Shown here: piece after piece, positions 24,186-32,000 of the stretch | How the letters are laid out: the number at the start of each line of letters is the position of its first letter | Numbering within the stretch: the first letter of the stretch is position 1 | NCBI RefSeq assembly: GCF_049243625.1 | Contig: NZ_CP046975.1 | Origin: Corynebacterium amycolatum | Lineage (GTDB): Bacteria > Actinomycetota > Actinomycetes > Mycobacteriales > Mycobacteriaceae | Reading direction: 5' to 3' (one strand) | Length of the DNA: 32,000 nt | Notes under the pieces: generated by a model | The model's input: only the letters and a program-made list of their open reading frames with translations | Database searches by the model: none | What the model was told of the DNA's origin: nothing | Position numbers and translations under genes: made by a program

Positions 24186-24422
24186 CGCCTTTGTATAGCT
24201 TCGACTAGATGAGGAAATGGAAAACTAAAACTTTTAGATCCTCTAAGAAGCTAAGGACGTTGCGTTACCTTTCGGTTTCTAAAGATCAACTCGCCAATGA
24301 GCTTTAGCTGACGGTCTAATGGCTTACAATTTAACGCAAAGTAAACACCCTGGTGTGTGGTTTTCCCGCTCGGCTTTCCCTCCAACTACGCAGTCGAGAC
24401 CCAGCTCTGCGGGCTGCGTGGA

Positions 24423-24845
24423 CTAGCCCTGGTTCTCAGGACTACGCGGATTCTTCAAATCAGAGCCTTCCGGCACATCCGCCGGGTCAGTGCCGCTTTC
24501 TAGAATCCTGTTATTCTCATCGACGAAAATGACATTCGGCTTGTACGTACGCGCCTCAGCGTCATCCATCATGCCGTAGCCGATGATAATAACCAGGTCA
24601 CCCGGCGAAATCAGACGAGCGGCGGCACCATTGATGGAAATGATGCCCGAGCCGCGCTCTCCGGTAATGCAGTAAGTGGTAAGCCGGTTGCCATTATTGA
24701 TATCGACAATGTCGACGGCCTCGCCTTCAAGCAGGTCGGCCGCTTCCATCAAATCAGCGTCAATCGTGCACGATCCAACGTAGTGAAGATCAGCCTGAGT
24801 CACCGTGGCACGGTGAATCTTGGACTTCAACATAGTGCGAAACAT
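24423..24845 (-). CDS. panD: Aspartate 1-decarboxylase
   Basis: 140 aa, starting [29 protein letters not shown], which includes the Gly-Ser self-processing site. It is PanD-like along its whole length. Confidence 0.96.
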   Translation of the reverse strand: MFRTMLKSKIHRATVTQADLHYVGSCTIDADLMEAADLLEGEAVDIVDINNGNRLTTYCITGERGSGIISINGAAARLISPGDLVIIIGYGMMDDAEARTYKPNVIFVDENNRILESGTDPADVPEGSDLKNPRSPENQG

Positions 24846-24982
24846 GAAAAAGGTAGGTCCCTTCCTGGATTCGTCCCCTGGATGCTTGCCTACCGCGGCA
24901 CCCCTTAGCGTGGCAGGTTGTTAGTCGGCACACTATAATACGACAACTTCCCAGCCACGAAAAACTACTTCGAAAAGCCGTC

Positions 24983-26101
24983 CTACTCGCTGTCCTGCTC
25001 AACGCCAAAGCCGGCGTTCTTCAGGTTTTCTTTGCTGGACTCATCTTTCAGGCGGGCATCTCGAGCAGCGCGGACCTTTTCCTGCAGCTCAGCCAACTCA
25101 GCGGCCTCTTGCTCAGTCAGCTCGCCGTCCAGACCCGCAGCCGACAGGGCCGCTGACGCAATTTCGGCGTCCTTCTGCCCGAGCTGACCGAAACCGTTTG
25201 CCGAATCCGGGCGCGGCGCACCCAGAATCAAGCCAACATTATCAATGAGACGAGTAGTGCCGACCTTCGCAGCAACCAGTAGGCGAGCTTCAGTCTCCTG
25301 GCCGTCGCCGCGCAACGCCTCGTCGGAAAGCGGGGCGAGCGCAGCGTCACGCAGCTCCAAGTAATCCAACTCGACCTCAGGCTGGCTGGCGAGCACACCA
25401 CGCGCGGTTTCCAGCACAGCATCCGCACCACGGTCCGCGACAAAAGCACCGGCAGTCAGCGCAGCGGACAGGGTTACTGCGAGATTGCGCTGCTCCTCGG
25501 AGAGGTAGCGGTTGCGGGAGCTCATAGCCAGCCCATCGGCCTCGCGGATCACTGGCACACCGTGCAGCTGCACCGGCATATTCAGGTCAGTGACCATCTG
25601 CTGCATCAGGCACAGCTGCTGGTAGTCCTTCTCACCAAAAACAGCATCAGTGCAGTTGGTGATGTTGAAAAGCTTGTTAACCACTGTCAACGCGCCGGCG
25701 AAATGCCCCGGGCGAGTAGCGCCTTCAAGCTCCGACGCCAGCGGACCCGGCTGCACGGTCGTACGGAAACCGTTGGGGTACATCTCCTTCGCGTTCGGAG
25801 CAAAGACCAGCTCAGCACCTACAGCGCGGAGCTTCTCCACGTCTTCCTCCAGAGTGCGCGGGTAGGCGTCAAAGTCCTCCCCCTCACCGAACTGCAGCGG
25901 ATTGACAAAAATCGACACCACCACAACCGCGCGCGGCAGCGTCTTCGCGGCCTGTACTAGTTCAAGGTGCCCCTGGTGCAGCGCACCCATCGTAGGTACA
26001 AGCACCACCGGCCGCCCGGTCTTCCGCAACGCACGGGTGACCTGCGCGATTCCCGCAATAGTCTTGTGAACAGTTGTCTCTCCGGCGGTATAACCCGTCA
26101 T
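24983..26101 (-). CDS. panC: Pantoate--beta-alanine ligase with ~85-aa C-terminal extension
   Basis: The PTMGALHQGH (HxGH) motif and a PanC-like core are present. The ATG at 26101 has GGAGGA 5 nt upstream. At 372 aa it is longer than the usual ~280-310 aa. Confidence 0.96.
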   Translation of the reverse strand: MTGYTAGETTVHKTIAGIAQVTRALRKTGRPVVLVPTMGALHQGHLELVQAAKTLPRAVVVVSIFVNPLQFGEGEDFDAYPRTLEEDVEKLRAVGAELVFAPNAKEMYPNGFRTTVQPGPLASELEGATRPGHFAGALTVVNKLFNITNCTDAVFGEKDYQQLCLMQQMVTDLNMPVQLHGVPVIREADGLAMSSRNRYLSEEQRNLAVTLSAALTAGAFVADRGADAVLETARGVLASQPEVELDYLELRDAALAPLSDEALRGDGQETEARLLVAAKVGTTRLIDNVGLILGAPRPDSANGFGQLGQKDAEIASAALSAAGLDGELTEQEAAELAELQEKVRAARDARLKDESSKENLKNAGFGVEQDSE

Positions 26102-26198
26102 GTTTCCTCCGCGTTCAGATCTACCGGACCAAGCTTTTCGTCCGACGGCAATACCTTACGCCACATCCCGGATGACCAGAACAGCCAGTCCGCTCAGG

Positions 26199-27119
26199 TC
26201 ATCGGCGTAGGTACCGCAAAACCTCGTTGGCGCCGCGCAGCTCGGCGATGCGCTCGGCGAGGGCCAGGTAGGCGGTTCCCATTTCCGGCGCCACCGCTTC
26301 AATTTCACGTTCGTGCTTGACGACGGTCCCCAAGTCGTCCCGCGTCACCGGGCCAGTCAGCCCCCGGGAACCCCACCTCAAGGCATTGTCCAATGAAGCT
26401 TCCAGCAGTGGGCGGAGCAGCTCGGCGGCTTGGCCTCGACGCAGCTCAGCTATGTCGGTGTCTTCGGCTGCTGCATCTCCGCCGATAGTGGTTGCCAGCA
26501 TTTCTACTGCATCGACCACAACTGCGCCCAGACCGTTTGAGCCGTGTGCCATGGCCGCGTGATAGAGGCCGCGGTGCCGTTCGTTGATGAACACCGGACG
26601 ACCGCCGAGTTCACCAATGAGCAGTTCACTGACTGTTTTCGCGAGCTCATCCCCGACCGTGATACCCCATGGGCAACCGGTCAGGAGCTCGGAGTCGTCG
26701 TCAAGCCCTGCGAATGTCATTGCGGGATGGGCGGCGATGGTCAGCGCGCCGGTGAGCGCGACCGGATCGAGCACGGCACGCCCGAGGGAACCAGAAGTAT
26801 GCATGACGATGCGCCCGGGACCAACGTGGCGGGCGACTTCCTCGGCGACCTCTGCGATGGCGCGATCCGGCACAGCGATGACGATGAGCTCGCAGGTGGA
26901 AGCTGTGTCGGCAATGCTGCTGACCTGTGCGTTCGGGAGACGTAGATGCGCTCGTGTGACAGATTCTGGTGAGCGCGCGACCACGTGAGTGACACGATGT
27001 CCACAGCGCTCTAACGCCTGGCCGAGCGCAACCCCGACTTTTCCGGCAGAAATAATCCCCACCGTCAACCGCGGAGCGGTTGTCCGATGGGGATGGGAAT
27101 CATGCTGGCTTTGCGTCAT
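26199..27119 (-). CDS. Rossmann-fold NAD(P)-binding protein, DUF2520-like (Rv3603c-like)
   Basis: 306 aa. N-terminal dinucleotide-binding motif VGIISAGKVGVALG. It occupies the conserved position between the fol cluster and panC in Mycobacteriales, from memory. Confidence 0.85.
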   Translation of the reverse strand: MTQSQHDSHPHRTTAPRLTVGIISAGKVGVALGQALERCGHRVTHVVARSPESVTRAHLRLPNAQVSSIADTASTCELIVIAVPDRAIAEVAEEVARHVGPGRIVMHTSGSLGRAVLDPVALTGALTIAAHPAMTFAGLDDDSELLTGCPWGITVGDELAKTVSELLIGELGGRPVFINERHRGLYHAAMAHGSNGLGAVVVDAVEMLATTIGGDAAAEDTDIAELRRGQAAELLRPLLEASLDNALRWGSRGLTGPVTRDDLGTVVKHEREIEAVAPEMGTAYLALAERIAELRGANEVLRYLRR

Positions 27120-27183
27120 GACTGACTAGGTTAGACCAAACCAGCTATGTGCGGTGAGTAGGTCGCGCACACTCGGTAAGCGA

Positions 27184-28434
27184 CTAGGCTTCTTCGTCCT
27201 CGCGCTGCTCCCTCTTCTTGCGCATCTGCGCCATCAGCTCGGCAACCGTCAGGCTGCCCTTGTTGTCCTCAGCACGGCGCCGACCGTGGCTTGCAGGCTC
27301 CTGTTCAGGAGCCTGAGCTGGCTCTTTTGCGAGGTCCTCATCGCGAATGGTCTGCAGCTGGCGAGTCGGAGAGTCCGAGGCGGCGTCCGATTCCGGCGCA
27401 GCGAATGGGTGCCGTGCACCGTGTGCCTCGTGCGCACCGCCCTGAGAATCTTCCTCTGCGGCGTCCTCGGCCGGGGTTTCCTGCCAGTTGATGGCGCGGA
27501 AAGAGTTAGTGGAGAACTTCTCCTTGGAAACGGTTTCGTCATCCTTGGAGTCGGCGACTTCGGGGACGTCAACCGGCTGACCAGACGGCGAGAATGTACG
27601 GCGCATGTCGGTGGCCTCGGCATCTTCAACCGGCGAAGCGGAGCCAGTGCCACCGTGCTGGGTATGAGCACCGACAGTGCCGTTGGCGGTCATTTCAGCA
27701 CGGTGGGAAGTCGCGCGTGGTGTCGGCCGGTCGTGGCCTGTCGGGTTCTTCATTGGCGAAGCCTGCTGCGGCGAGTCAAGCTCACGCAGACGCTCGGCCT
27801 GAGCGCGAAGAGCAACCTGCTCGTCGTCGAAATCCTCACCCATGAACTCAGCAAGCTGGGCGCGCAGTGCAAAGACCTCAGCGCGCAGCGCCGCAATGTT
27901 GTCATCGTTGTTGCCCTCAAGCGAATCCAAGTAGTTCTGCTCGAGAATCAGTTCCTGCTCACGGTGAGTGGCCAGCTCGCGGTCAAGCTCCACCTTGTGC
28001 AGCTCCTCGATTGTCTCCAACCGCTTGCGCTCCAGCGCAATAGTCTTGCGGTATCGAGTCACCAGCACAGCCCCGATAACTGCCGACCACAACGCCAGCA
28101 GCACGGCAACCTTCATCCAGCCGGCAGAGCTGGCAAAGAGCATGACGATACTGGCAATCACCGCGAGCACCAGCAGCACAACCATGAGAATGACGGCGGT
28201 TTTCTCCGTCATACCATCGGTAGAACTAAATTTCGTCACATCATTGCTCTGCTCATCTGCATATGCCGCATCAGCCCCGGAATTAGCTCCAGCGGAGTAG
28301 CTTTCGAAGGCTGAAGAAGGCGACGGGGACGGAGACTCAGCCATATCCGACGAAGTAGCTGCCGCGTCGCTCTGAAAATATGCGGCATCACCCGAGCGCT
28401 TCGGGTCATTACCGGCGTTGGAGAGGTCAGTCAT
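27184..28434 (-). CDS. Ala/Glu/Arg-rich membrane protein (Rv3604c-like, hypothetical)
   Basis: The ATG at 28434 forms an ATGA overlap with the upstream stop and is preferred to the GTG at 28443; this gives 416 aa. It has two central hydrophobic helices (AVILMVVLLVLAVIASIVMLFA, VAVLLALWSAVIGAVLV). A coiled-coil-like segment and a disordered tail follow. Confidence 0.8.
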   Translation of the reverse strand: MTDLSNAGNDPKRSGDAAYFQSDAAATSSDMAESPSPSPSSAFESYSAGANSGADAAYADEQSNDVTKFSSTDGMTEKTAVILMVVLLVLAVIASIVMLFASSAGWMKVAVLLALWSAVIGAVLVTRYRKTIALERKRLETIEELHKVELDRELATHREQELILEQNYLDSLEGNNDDNIAALRAEVFALRAQLAEFMGEDFDDEQVALRAQAERLRELDSPQQASPMKNPTGHDRPTPRATSHRAEMTANGTVGAHTQHGGTGSASPVEDAEATDMRRTFSPSGQPVDVPEVADSKDDETVSKEKFSTNSFRAINWQETPAEDAAEEDSQGGAHEAHGARHPFAAPESDAASDSPTRQLQTIRDEDLAKEPAQAPEQEPASHGRRRAEDNKGSLTVAELMAQMRKKREQREDEEA

Positions 28435-28937
28435 AACTCCCACCCTACCGAGTTAGTTCCCATTTCCCCGCTAGGAGGCGAAGAATTTTCGCCATCAGTT
28501 GGCAATTGGCAAACTTTTTCCAGCCACAACCCCGCCGCAGCGAGCAAAATGCCAGATACTGTGCCGACAATCATGATCGGTCCATCGGCCTGTGCGGCCG
28601 CAAGTTCCGTCCACTTCGGCAAGGCCCACAGCACGCCACCGGCGTACAGTCCTCCGAGAATCGCACCCAACCACGCGGATGCCGTACCGACCACCAGCCA
28701 TCGCGACAACGTTAACGGCTGCACCTGACTGCGATCCTGCCCGACCTTCGCCTCTTTCAGTACCGACTTAATCCACCGCGCTGCCGCCACACAGACTGCT
28801 GTGAGCAACCAGGGAAACCCCAGGTCCCACCAACTTCGCGGCCCGAGCGCACCGAAAAACTGTGCCAGAATCATCCATGACGCCAGCGCGAGAACCAGCG
28901 CAGATGCTGCCAACGTAATTGGTGAGGTCGGTTTCAT
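28431..28937 (-). CDS. DUF3180-like integral membrane protein (Rv3605c-like)
   Basis: 168 aa with four hydrophobic helices. It starts 2 nt after the folK stop, the conserved position after folK in Actinobacteria (from memory). Confidence 0.8.
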   Translation of the reverse strand: MKPTSPITLAASALVLALASWMILAQFFGALGPRSWWDLGFPWLLTAVCVAAARWIKSVLKEAKVGQDRSQVQPLTLSRWLVVGTASAWLGAILGGLYAGGVLWALPKWTELAAAQADGPIMIVGTVSGILLAAAGLWLEKVCQLPTDGENSSPPSGEMGTNSVGWEL

Positions 28938-28939
28938 CT

Positions 28940-29452
28940 CTAGGCCCCTTCTCCATCCGCGCTGTCTGCTAGGCGCACCGCGTTTACGTCTTCAAGTGCC
29001 AGCTTATCGACGAGTTCCGCGACCCGAACTCCCTCCAATTCGGCATCCGGGTCGGCATCGAGCCATGGCACCAGCACAAAGGCACGCTCGGTTGCCCACG
29101 GGTGCGGCAGGGTCAGAGTCGAATCGTCAGAAATAATCTCCTCGCCGGATTCCTTGTCGATGACCTGCACAATGTCCACGTCGAGCGCCCGCGGCCCCCA
29201 GTGAATTTCACGCACTCGACCAGCGTCATTTTCCAGTTTCCAACCAGCTTTCAGTAGCTCCATTGGTGTCCGGCGCGTGTCAACAATGAGTACGGCGTTG
29301 AGGAAGTCACCCTGCTCTACCCCACCCCAAGGCGGGGTGGCATAAATTTTTGAGGCTGCGACCAATTCATCGGCGAAGAAGTCCTGCACACCTGTTAGGT
29401 TTTCTCGCGCGCGATCCATGTTCGCGCCGATAGAAAGAACTGCGCGAATCAT
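28940..29452 (-). CDS. folK: 2-amino-4-hydroxy-6-hydroxymethyldihydropteridine diphosphokinase (HPPK)
   Basis: 170 aa. HPPK motifs SIGANM, TPPWGG and WGPRALDVDIV are present. ATGA overlap with the folB stop at 29452-29449. Confidence 0.95.
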   Translation of the reverse strand: MIRAVLSIGANMDRARENLTGVQDFFADELVAASKIYATPPWGGVEQGDFLNAVLIVDTRRTPMELLKAGWKLENDAGRVREIHWGPRALDVDIVQVIDKESGEEIISDDSTLTLPHPWATERAFVLVPWLDADPDAELEGVRVAELVDKLALEDVNAVRLADSADGEGA

Positions 29453-29853
29453 GCCAACCGCTTCTTCCGCGAACGGCGGGCTGTCACCGCAGCGTCATCG
29501 AAGTCGAGCGGAATGGGCGCATGTGGTTTGTGAATGGTCACTTCCACCGCATGCAACAGTGGGGACAATCCGCGTTCGGCGCGGGCGTCGTCGTCGGCAA
29601 GCACTGCTTCGGCGATCTCGGTCGCGACTGTTTCAATGAGGTTGCGAGGAGTGCCGGTCAAAATCCCGTGCGCTGTGGCTGCAATGTCGGCGTAGTTGAC
29701 GGTGTCGTCCAGCTCATCGCTCGCAGCAGCACCGGAGAAATCCAGCCACAGGGTGACATCACAGATGAAGTCCTGGCCATCCCGGCGCTCGAAGTCGAGA
29801 CAACCGTGGTAGCCGTGGGCTTTCAGACCTTTGAGTTCAATACGATCAGCCAC
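29449..29853 (-). CDS. folB: Dihydroneopterin aldolase
   Basis: 134 aa. It is FolB-like, with IELKGLKAHGYHGCLDFERRDGQDF and DDTVNYADI. The GTG start lies 5 nt after the folP stop. Confidence 0.95.
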   Translation of the reverse strand: MADRIELKGLKAHGYHGCLDFERRDGQDFICDVTLWLDFSGAAASDELDDTVNYADIAATAHGILTGTPRNLIETVATEIAEAVLADDDARAERGLSPLLHAVEVTIHKPHAPIPLDFDDAAVTARRSRKKRLA

Positions 29854-29858
29854 TGTGT

Positions 29859-30866
29859 TTACGCGTCTCCTTCCAGAGTCGACTCGGCTGGTGATTCCGC
29901 AGCCGACTCGTCGTGCTGCGCAGCGCGGTTAGACCCACCTTCCGGATAGTCGCCGGCCGCTGTGTAACCGGTCAGTGAACGTCCAAGGTTCCATGCCTGC
30001 GCCACACGCACTGCGTCGAGGTTGTCGGCCACATTGTGAACTCGAACCGCCCATGCGCCCGCCGCTGCGGACAGCGCGGAAATTGCGGTAGTCGCGGCAT
30101 CAGCCTGCTTTGGTGCGCGTACCTCACTGCCAACGGCGGCGACGAAACGCTTGCGGGAAGCACCGACCAACACGGGGAAACCGAGGTCAATAAGCTCCGG
30201 CAGGTCGTGGAGGAGCGCCCAATTGTCATCGGCATTTTTGGCAAAGCCCAGGCCTGGGTCGAGGACAATATTTTCCTCGACGATTCCGGCGCCCATGGCA
30301 CCGTCGACAAGCTGAAGCAGGTGCTCACGGACATCGGCGACAATGCCGTCCGGGTGAGTTTCGGCGCGCCCAGAAGCGGAGCCGAAGCGATCGGTCTTCC
30401 AGTGCATCAGACAGATGGGCACATCGGCATCGGCGCAGACTGCGTACATGTTGGGGTCTGCGAGACCGCCGGAGACATCGTTGATGAATACCGCACCCTC
30501 GGCGATTGCTGCCTCTGCGACACTTGCGCGCATTGTATCGACGCTGATCAGGTGCCCGTCTGCCGCGAGCTCGCGGACCACCGGCACGACCCGGGCAATT
30601 TCCTCATCCTCGGAAACGCGGTGTGCGCCAGGGCGAGTGGACTCGCCACCGATGTCGAGAATATGTGCGCCTTCAGCGAGGAGCTCGTGCGCATGGGCAA
30701 TCGCCGCGTCGAAGGTCTTGTACAGGCCGCCATCGGAAAAGCTGTCCTCGGTGACGTTGACAATGCCCATCACCTTGCAGAGCTGATTCTCGACACCCAT
30801 CTCCGCCTGCTGTCCTGCCTGCGCTTGCAAGGGGGATTCAGTCACCTTGTTGTCCAGCCTTTCCAA
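29859..30866 (-). CDS. folP: Dihydropteroate synthase
   Basis: Pterin-binding motifs VMGIVNVTEDSFSDGG, ILDIGGESTRPG and GASRKRF are present. The start is uncertain: TTG at 30866 (longest ORF), GTG at 30845 or ATG at 30800. The C-terminal ~50 aa is a low-complexity extension. Confidence 0.93.
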   Translation of the reverse strand: MERLDNKVTESPLQAQAGQQAEMGVENQLCKVMGIVNVTEDSFSDGGLYKTFDAAIAHAHELLAEGAHILDIGGESTRPGAHRVSEDEEIARVVPVVRELAADGHLISVDTMRASVAEAAIAEGAVFINDVSGGLADPNMYAVCADADVPICLMHWKTDRFGSASGRAETHPDGIVADVREHLLQLVDGAMGAGIVEENIVLDPGLGFAKNADDNWALLHDLPELIDLGFPVLVGASRKRFVAAVGSEVRAPKQADAATTAISALSAAAGAWAVRVHNVADNLDAVRVAQAWNLGRSLTGYTAAGDYPEGGSNRAAQHDESAAESPAESTLEGDA

Positions 30867-30886
30867 TCGACCATTTAACTGTTGCG

Positions 30887-31462
30887 TTAGCTCTTGCGGA
30901 TCAGCGCCATTGCCTCTGCGCGCGAACGGGCATCCGTCTTGAAGCCACCGCGGACGGCTGATGTCACCGTGCGCGCACCCGGCTTGCGGATACCGCGCAT
31001 GGCCATGCAGAGATGCTCCGCTTCAATAACGACAATCGCCGAGGCCGGATCCAGCCGCTCCACCAAGGCATCCGCAACCTGACTGGTCAGCCGCTCCTGC
31101 ACCTGCGGGCGCTTCGCATAGCCATCGACCAGACGAGCGAGCTTGGACAGACCCGTCACACGACCGTCCTTGCCCGGAATGTAACCAATGTGGGCAACGC
31201 CAAAGAACGGCACCAAGTGATGCTCACAGGTGGAGTAAATCGGGATGTCCTTGACCAAAACGAGTTCCTGGTGATCCTCGTTGAAGGTCTTCGCCAGCAC
31301 CCCAGACGGATCTTCAAACAGGCCCGCGAAAACCTCGCGGTAGGCTCGCGCCACTCGCGCCGGTGTCTCCTTCAGGCCTTCCCTGTCGGGATCCTCACCG
31401 ACGGCAATCAACAGTTCACGAACCGCAGCCTCGGCTCGCTCCTGATCGAATTCGCGCTCCAT
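30887..31462 (-). CDS. folE: GTP cyclohydrolase I
   Basis: 191 aa. FolE motifs [22 protein letters not shown] and HLCMAMRG are present. Confidence 0.97.
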   Translation of the reverse strand: MEREFDQERAEAAVRELLIAVGEDPDREGLKETPARVARAYREVFAGLFEDPSGVLAKTFNEDHQELVLVKDIPIYSTCEHHLVPFFGVAHIGYIPGKDGRVTGLSKLARLVDGYAKRPQVQERLTSQVADALVERLDPASAIVVIEAEHLCMAMRGIRKPGARTVTSAVRGGFKTDARSRAEAMALIRKS

Positions 31463-31471
31463 GATGTGTAC

Positions 31472-32000
31472 TTATCGCTCCTCGTTGGTGTCCGGCTTGT
31501 CCTGCCAGGCGCTGTTGTCTTCGTTTCGCTTGACGACGCTGTCTTTATCCGAATCGTGCATCTGTGCACCCTTGTCATCGGAGTTGTCGGCGTTCTTCGC
31601 GTTTTCCGAACGTTCTGTGTGTTCCGGCTGCTCGTTATCCGGCAGGCGGAATCCGCGCAGTTCCTGCTGCTGTCCCGCCGACGGCATCACCGTAGTCGGG
31701 GTGGCATCGCTACCAGAGTTTTCCTGGTGGTGACGTCCACCCTGCCTGTCCCACGGCATCTTCGGAGGGGCAGGGATATTCGCGGGGCCGTTGCCACCGT
31801 CGCTACCAATACCGGTTGCCTTCGAGCCGAAGTCCGGGGAGCCTGCCGGGTAGTTAGCAGTGCCCGGGTGCTGGCCACGCGCGTTGCCCTGGCCATCCTG
31901 CGAACCCGGCTGGCTCTGCCCCTCCGGGCGAGGAGCCGGTGCCGGTGCCGGTGCGGCAGCCGAACCGTGCGTGCTGCCGGTATCCTTCGGCGGCCAACCT
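31472..32000 (-). CDS. ftsH: C-terminal low-complexity tail of the upstream gene, probably ftsH (partial, continues beyond window end)
   Basis: The minus-strand frame is open from position 32000 to the TAA at 31474-31472. The ORF track shows only the part after the first Met at 31759. The translation is G/P/Q/D/N-rich (GWPPKDTGSTHGSAAAPAPAPAPRPEGQSQPGSQDGQGNARGQ...). The ftsH call rests only on the conserved ftsH-folE synteny in Actinobacteria; no protease or AAA motif is visible in the window. Confidence 0.5.
   Translation of the reverse strand, partial: GWPPKDTGSTHGSAAAPAPAPAPRPEGQSQPGSQDGQGNARGQHPGTANYPAGSPDFGSKATGIGSDGGNGPANIPAPPKMPWDRQGGRHHQENSGSDATPTTVMPSAGQQQELRGFRLPDNEQPEHTERSENAKNADNSDDKGAQMHDSDKDSVVKRNEDNSAWQDKPDTNEER

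Noticed and set aside
22062-24212. 716-aa plus-strand ORF covering the whole PhoX locus
   Set aside because: It is antisense to a gene with clear PhoX/DUF839 motifs. Its translation is V/L/R/G-rich, has low complexity and carries no motifs. This is the typical shadow ORF of high-GC DNA.
27154-28314. 386-aa plus-strand ORF
   Set aside because: It is antisense to the Rv3604c-like gene. That gene is supported by ATGA coupling to the upstream fol-linked gene and by clear TM helices. The plus-strand product is Arg/Leu/Gly-rich with no start context.
30036-30878. 280-aa plus-strand ORF over folP
   Set aside because: It is antisense to dihydropteroate synthase and has no supporting features.
1-32000. 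Search for tRNA, rRNA, CRISPR repeats, IS elements, integrases and long direct or inverted repeats
   Set aside because: By eye I saw no cloverleaf-compatible intergenic sequence, no regularly spaced repeats, no transposase- or integrase-like ORF, and no long duplicated segments. A proper computational scan is still needed.

Overview
This is a high-GC actinobacterial chromosome segment, Corynebacterium/Mycobacteriales-like by synteny, and almost all coding is on the minus strand. From about 7.6 kb to 32 kb it is conserved core. It holds an ftsH-like tail, then folE-folP-folB-folK, a DUF3180-like membrane protein, an Rv3604c-like membrane protein, a DUF2520-like Rossmann protein, panC and panD. 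Next come a Tat/lipoprotein PhoX-family phosphatase and a tightly coupled five-gene operon (DUF4178-, DUF2617-, DUF4247- and DUF350-like proteins plus a membrane-anchored spermidine-synthase-like enzyme). After lysS there are two paralogous Tat-exported metallophosphoesterases flanking a pair of acyl-CoA dehydrogenases, a Q/P-rich membrane protein and an acyl-CoA synthetase. The left ~7.5 kb is visibly lower in GC: hand spot counts give 32-57 percent, against 62-65 percent in core genes. It carries the most unusual content, a six-gene translationally coupled minus-strand operon. That operon encodes two membrane proteins I cannot assign to any family, a GrpE-like exchange factor, a lidless Hsp70 paralog, a membrane-anchored Cys-containing ectoprotein, and the N-terminus of a Ser/Thr kinase that runs off the window. 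No J-domain is present. A divergent lipoprotein plus anchored coiled-coil protein pair sits beside it. I found no rRNA, tRNA, CRISPR array, transposase or integrase. DUF numbers and Mycobacterium tuberculosis locus comparisons come from memory of family features and synteny, not from searches.
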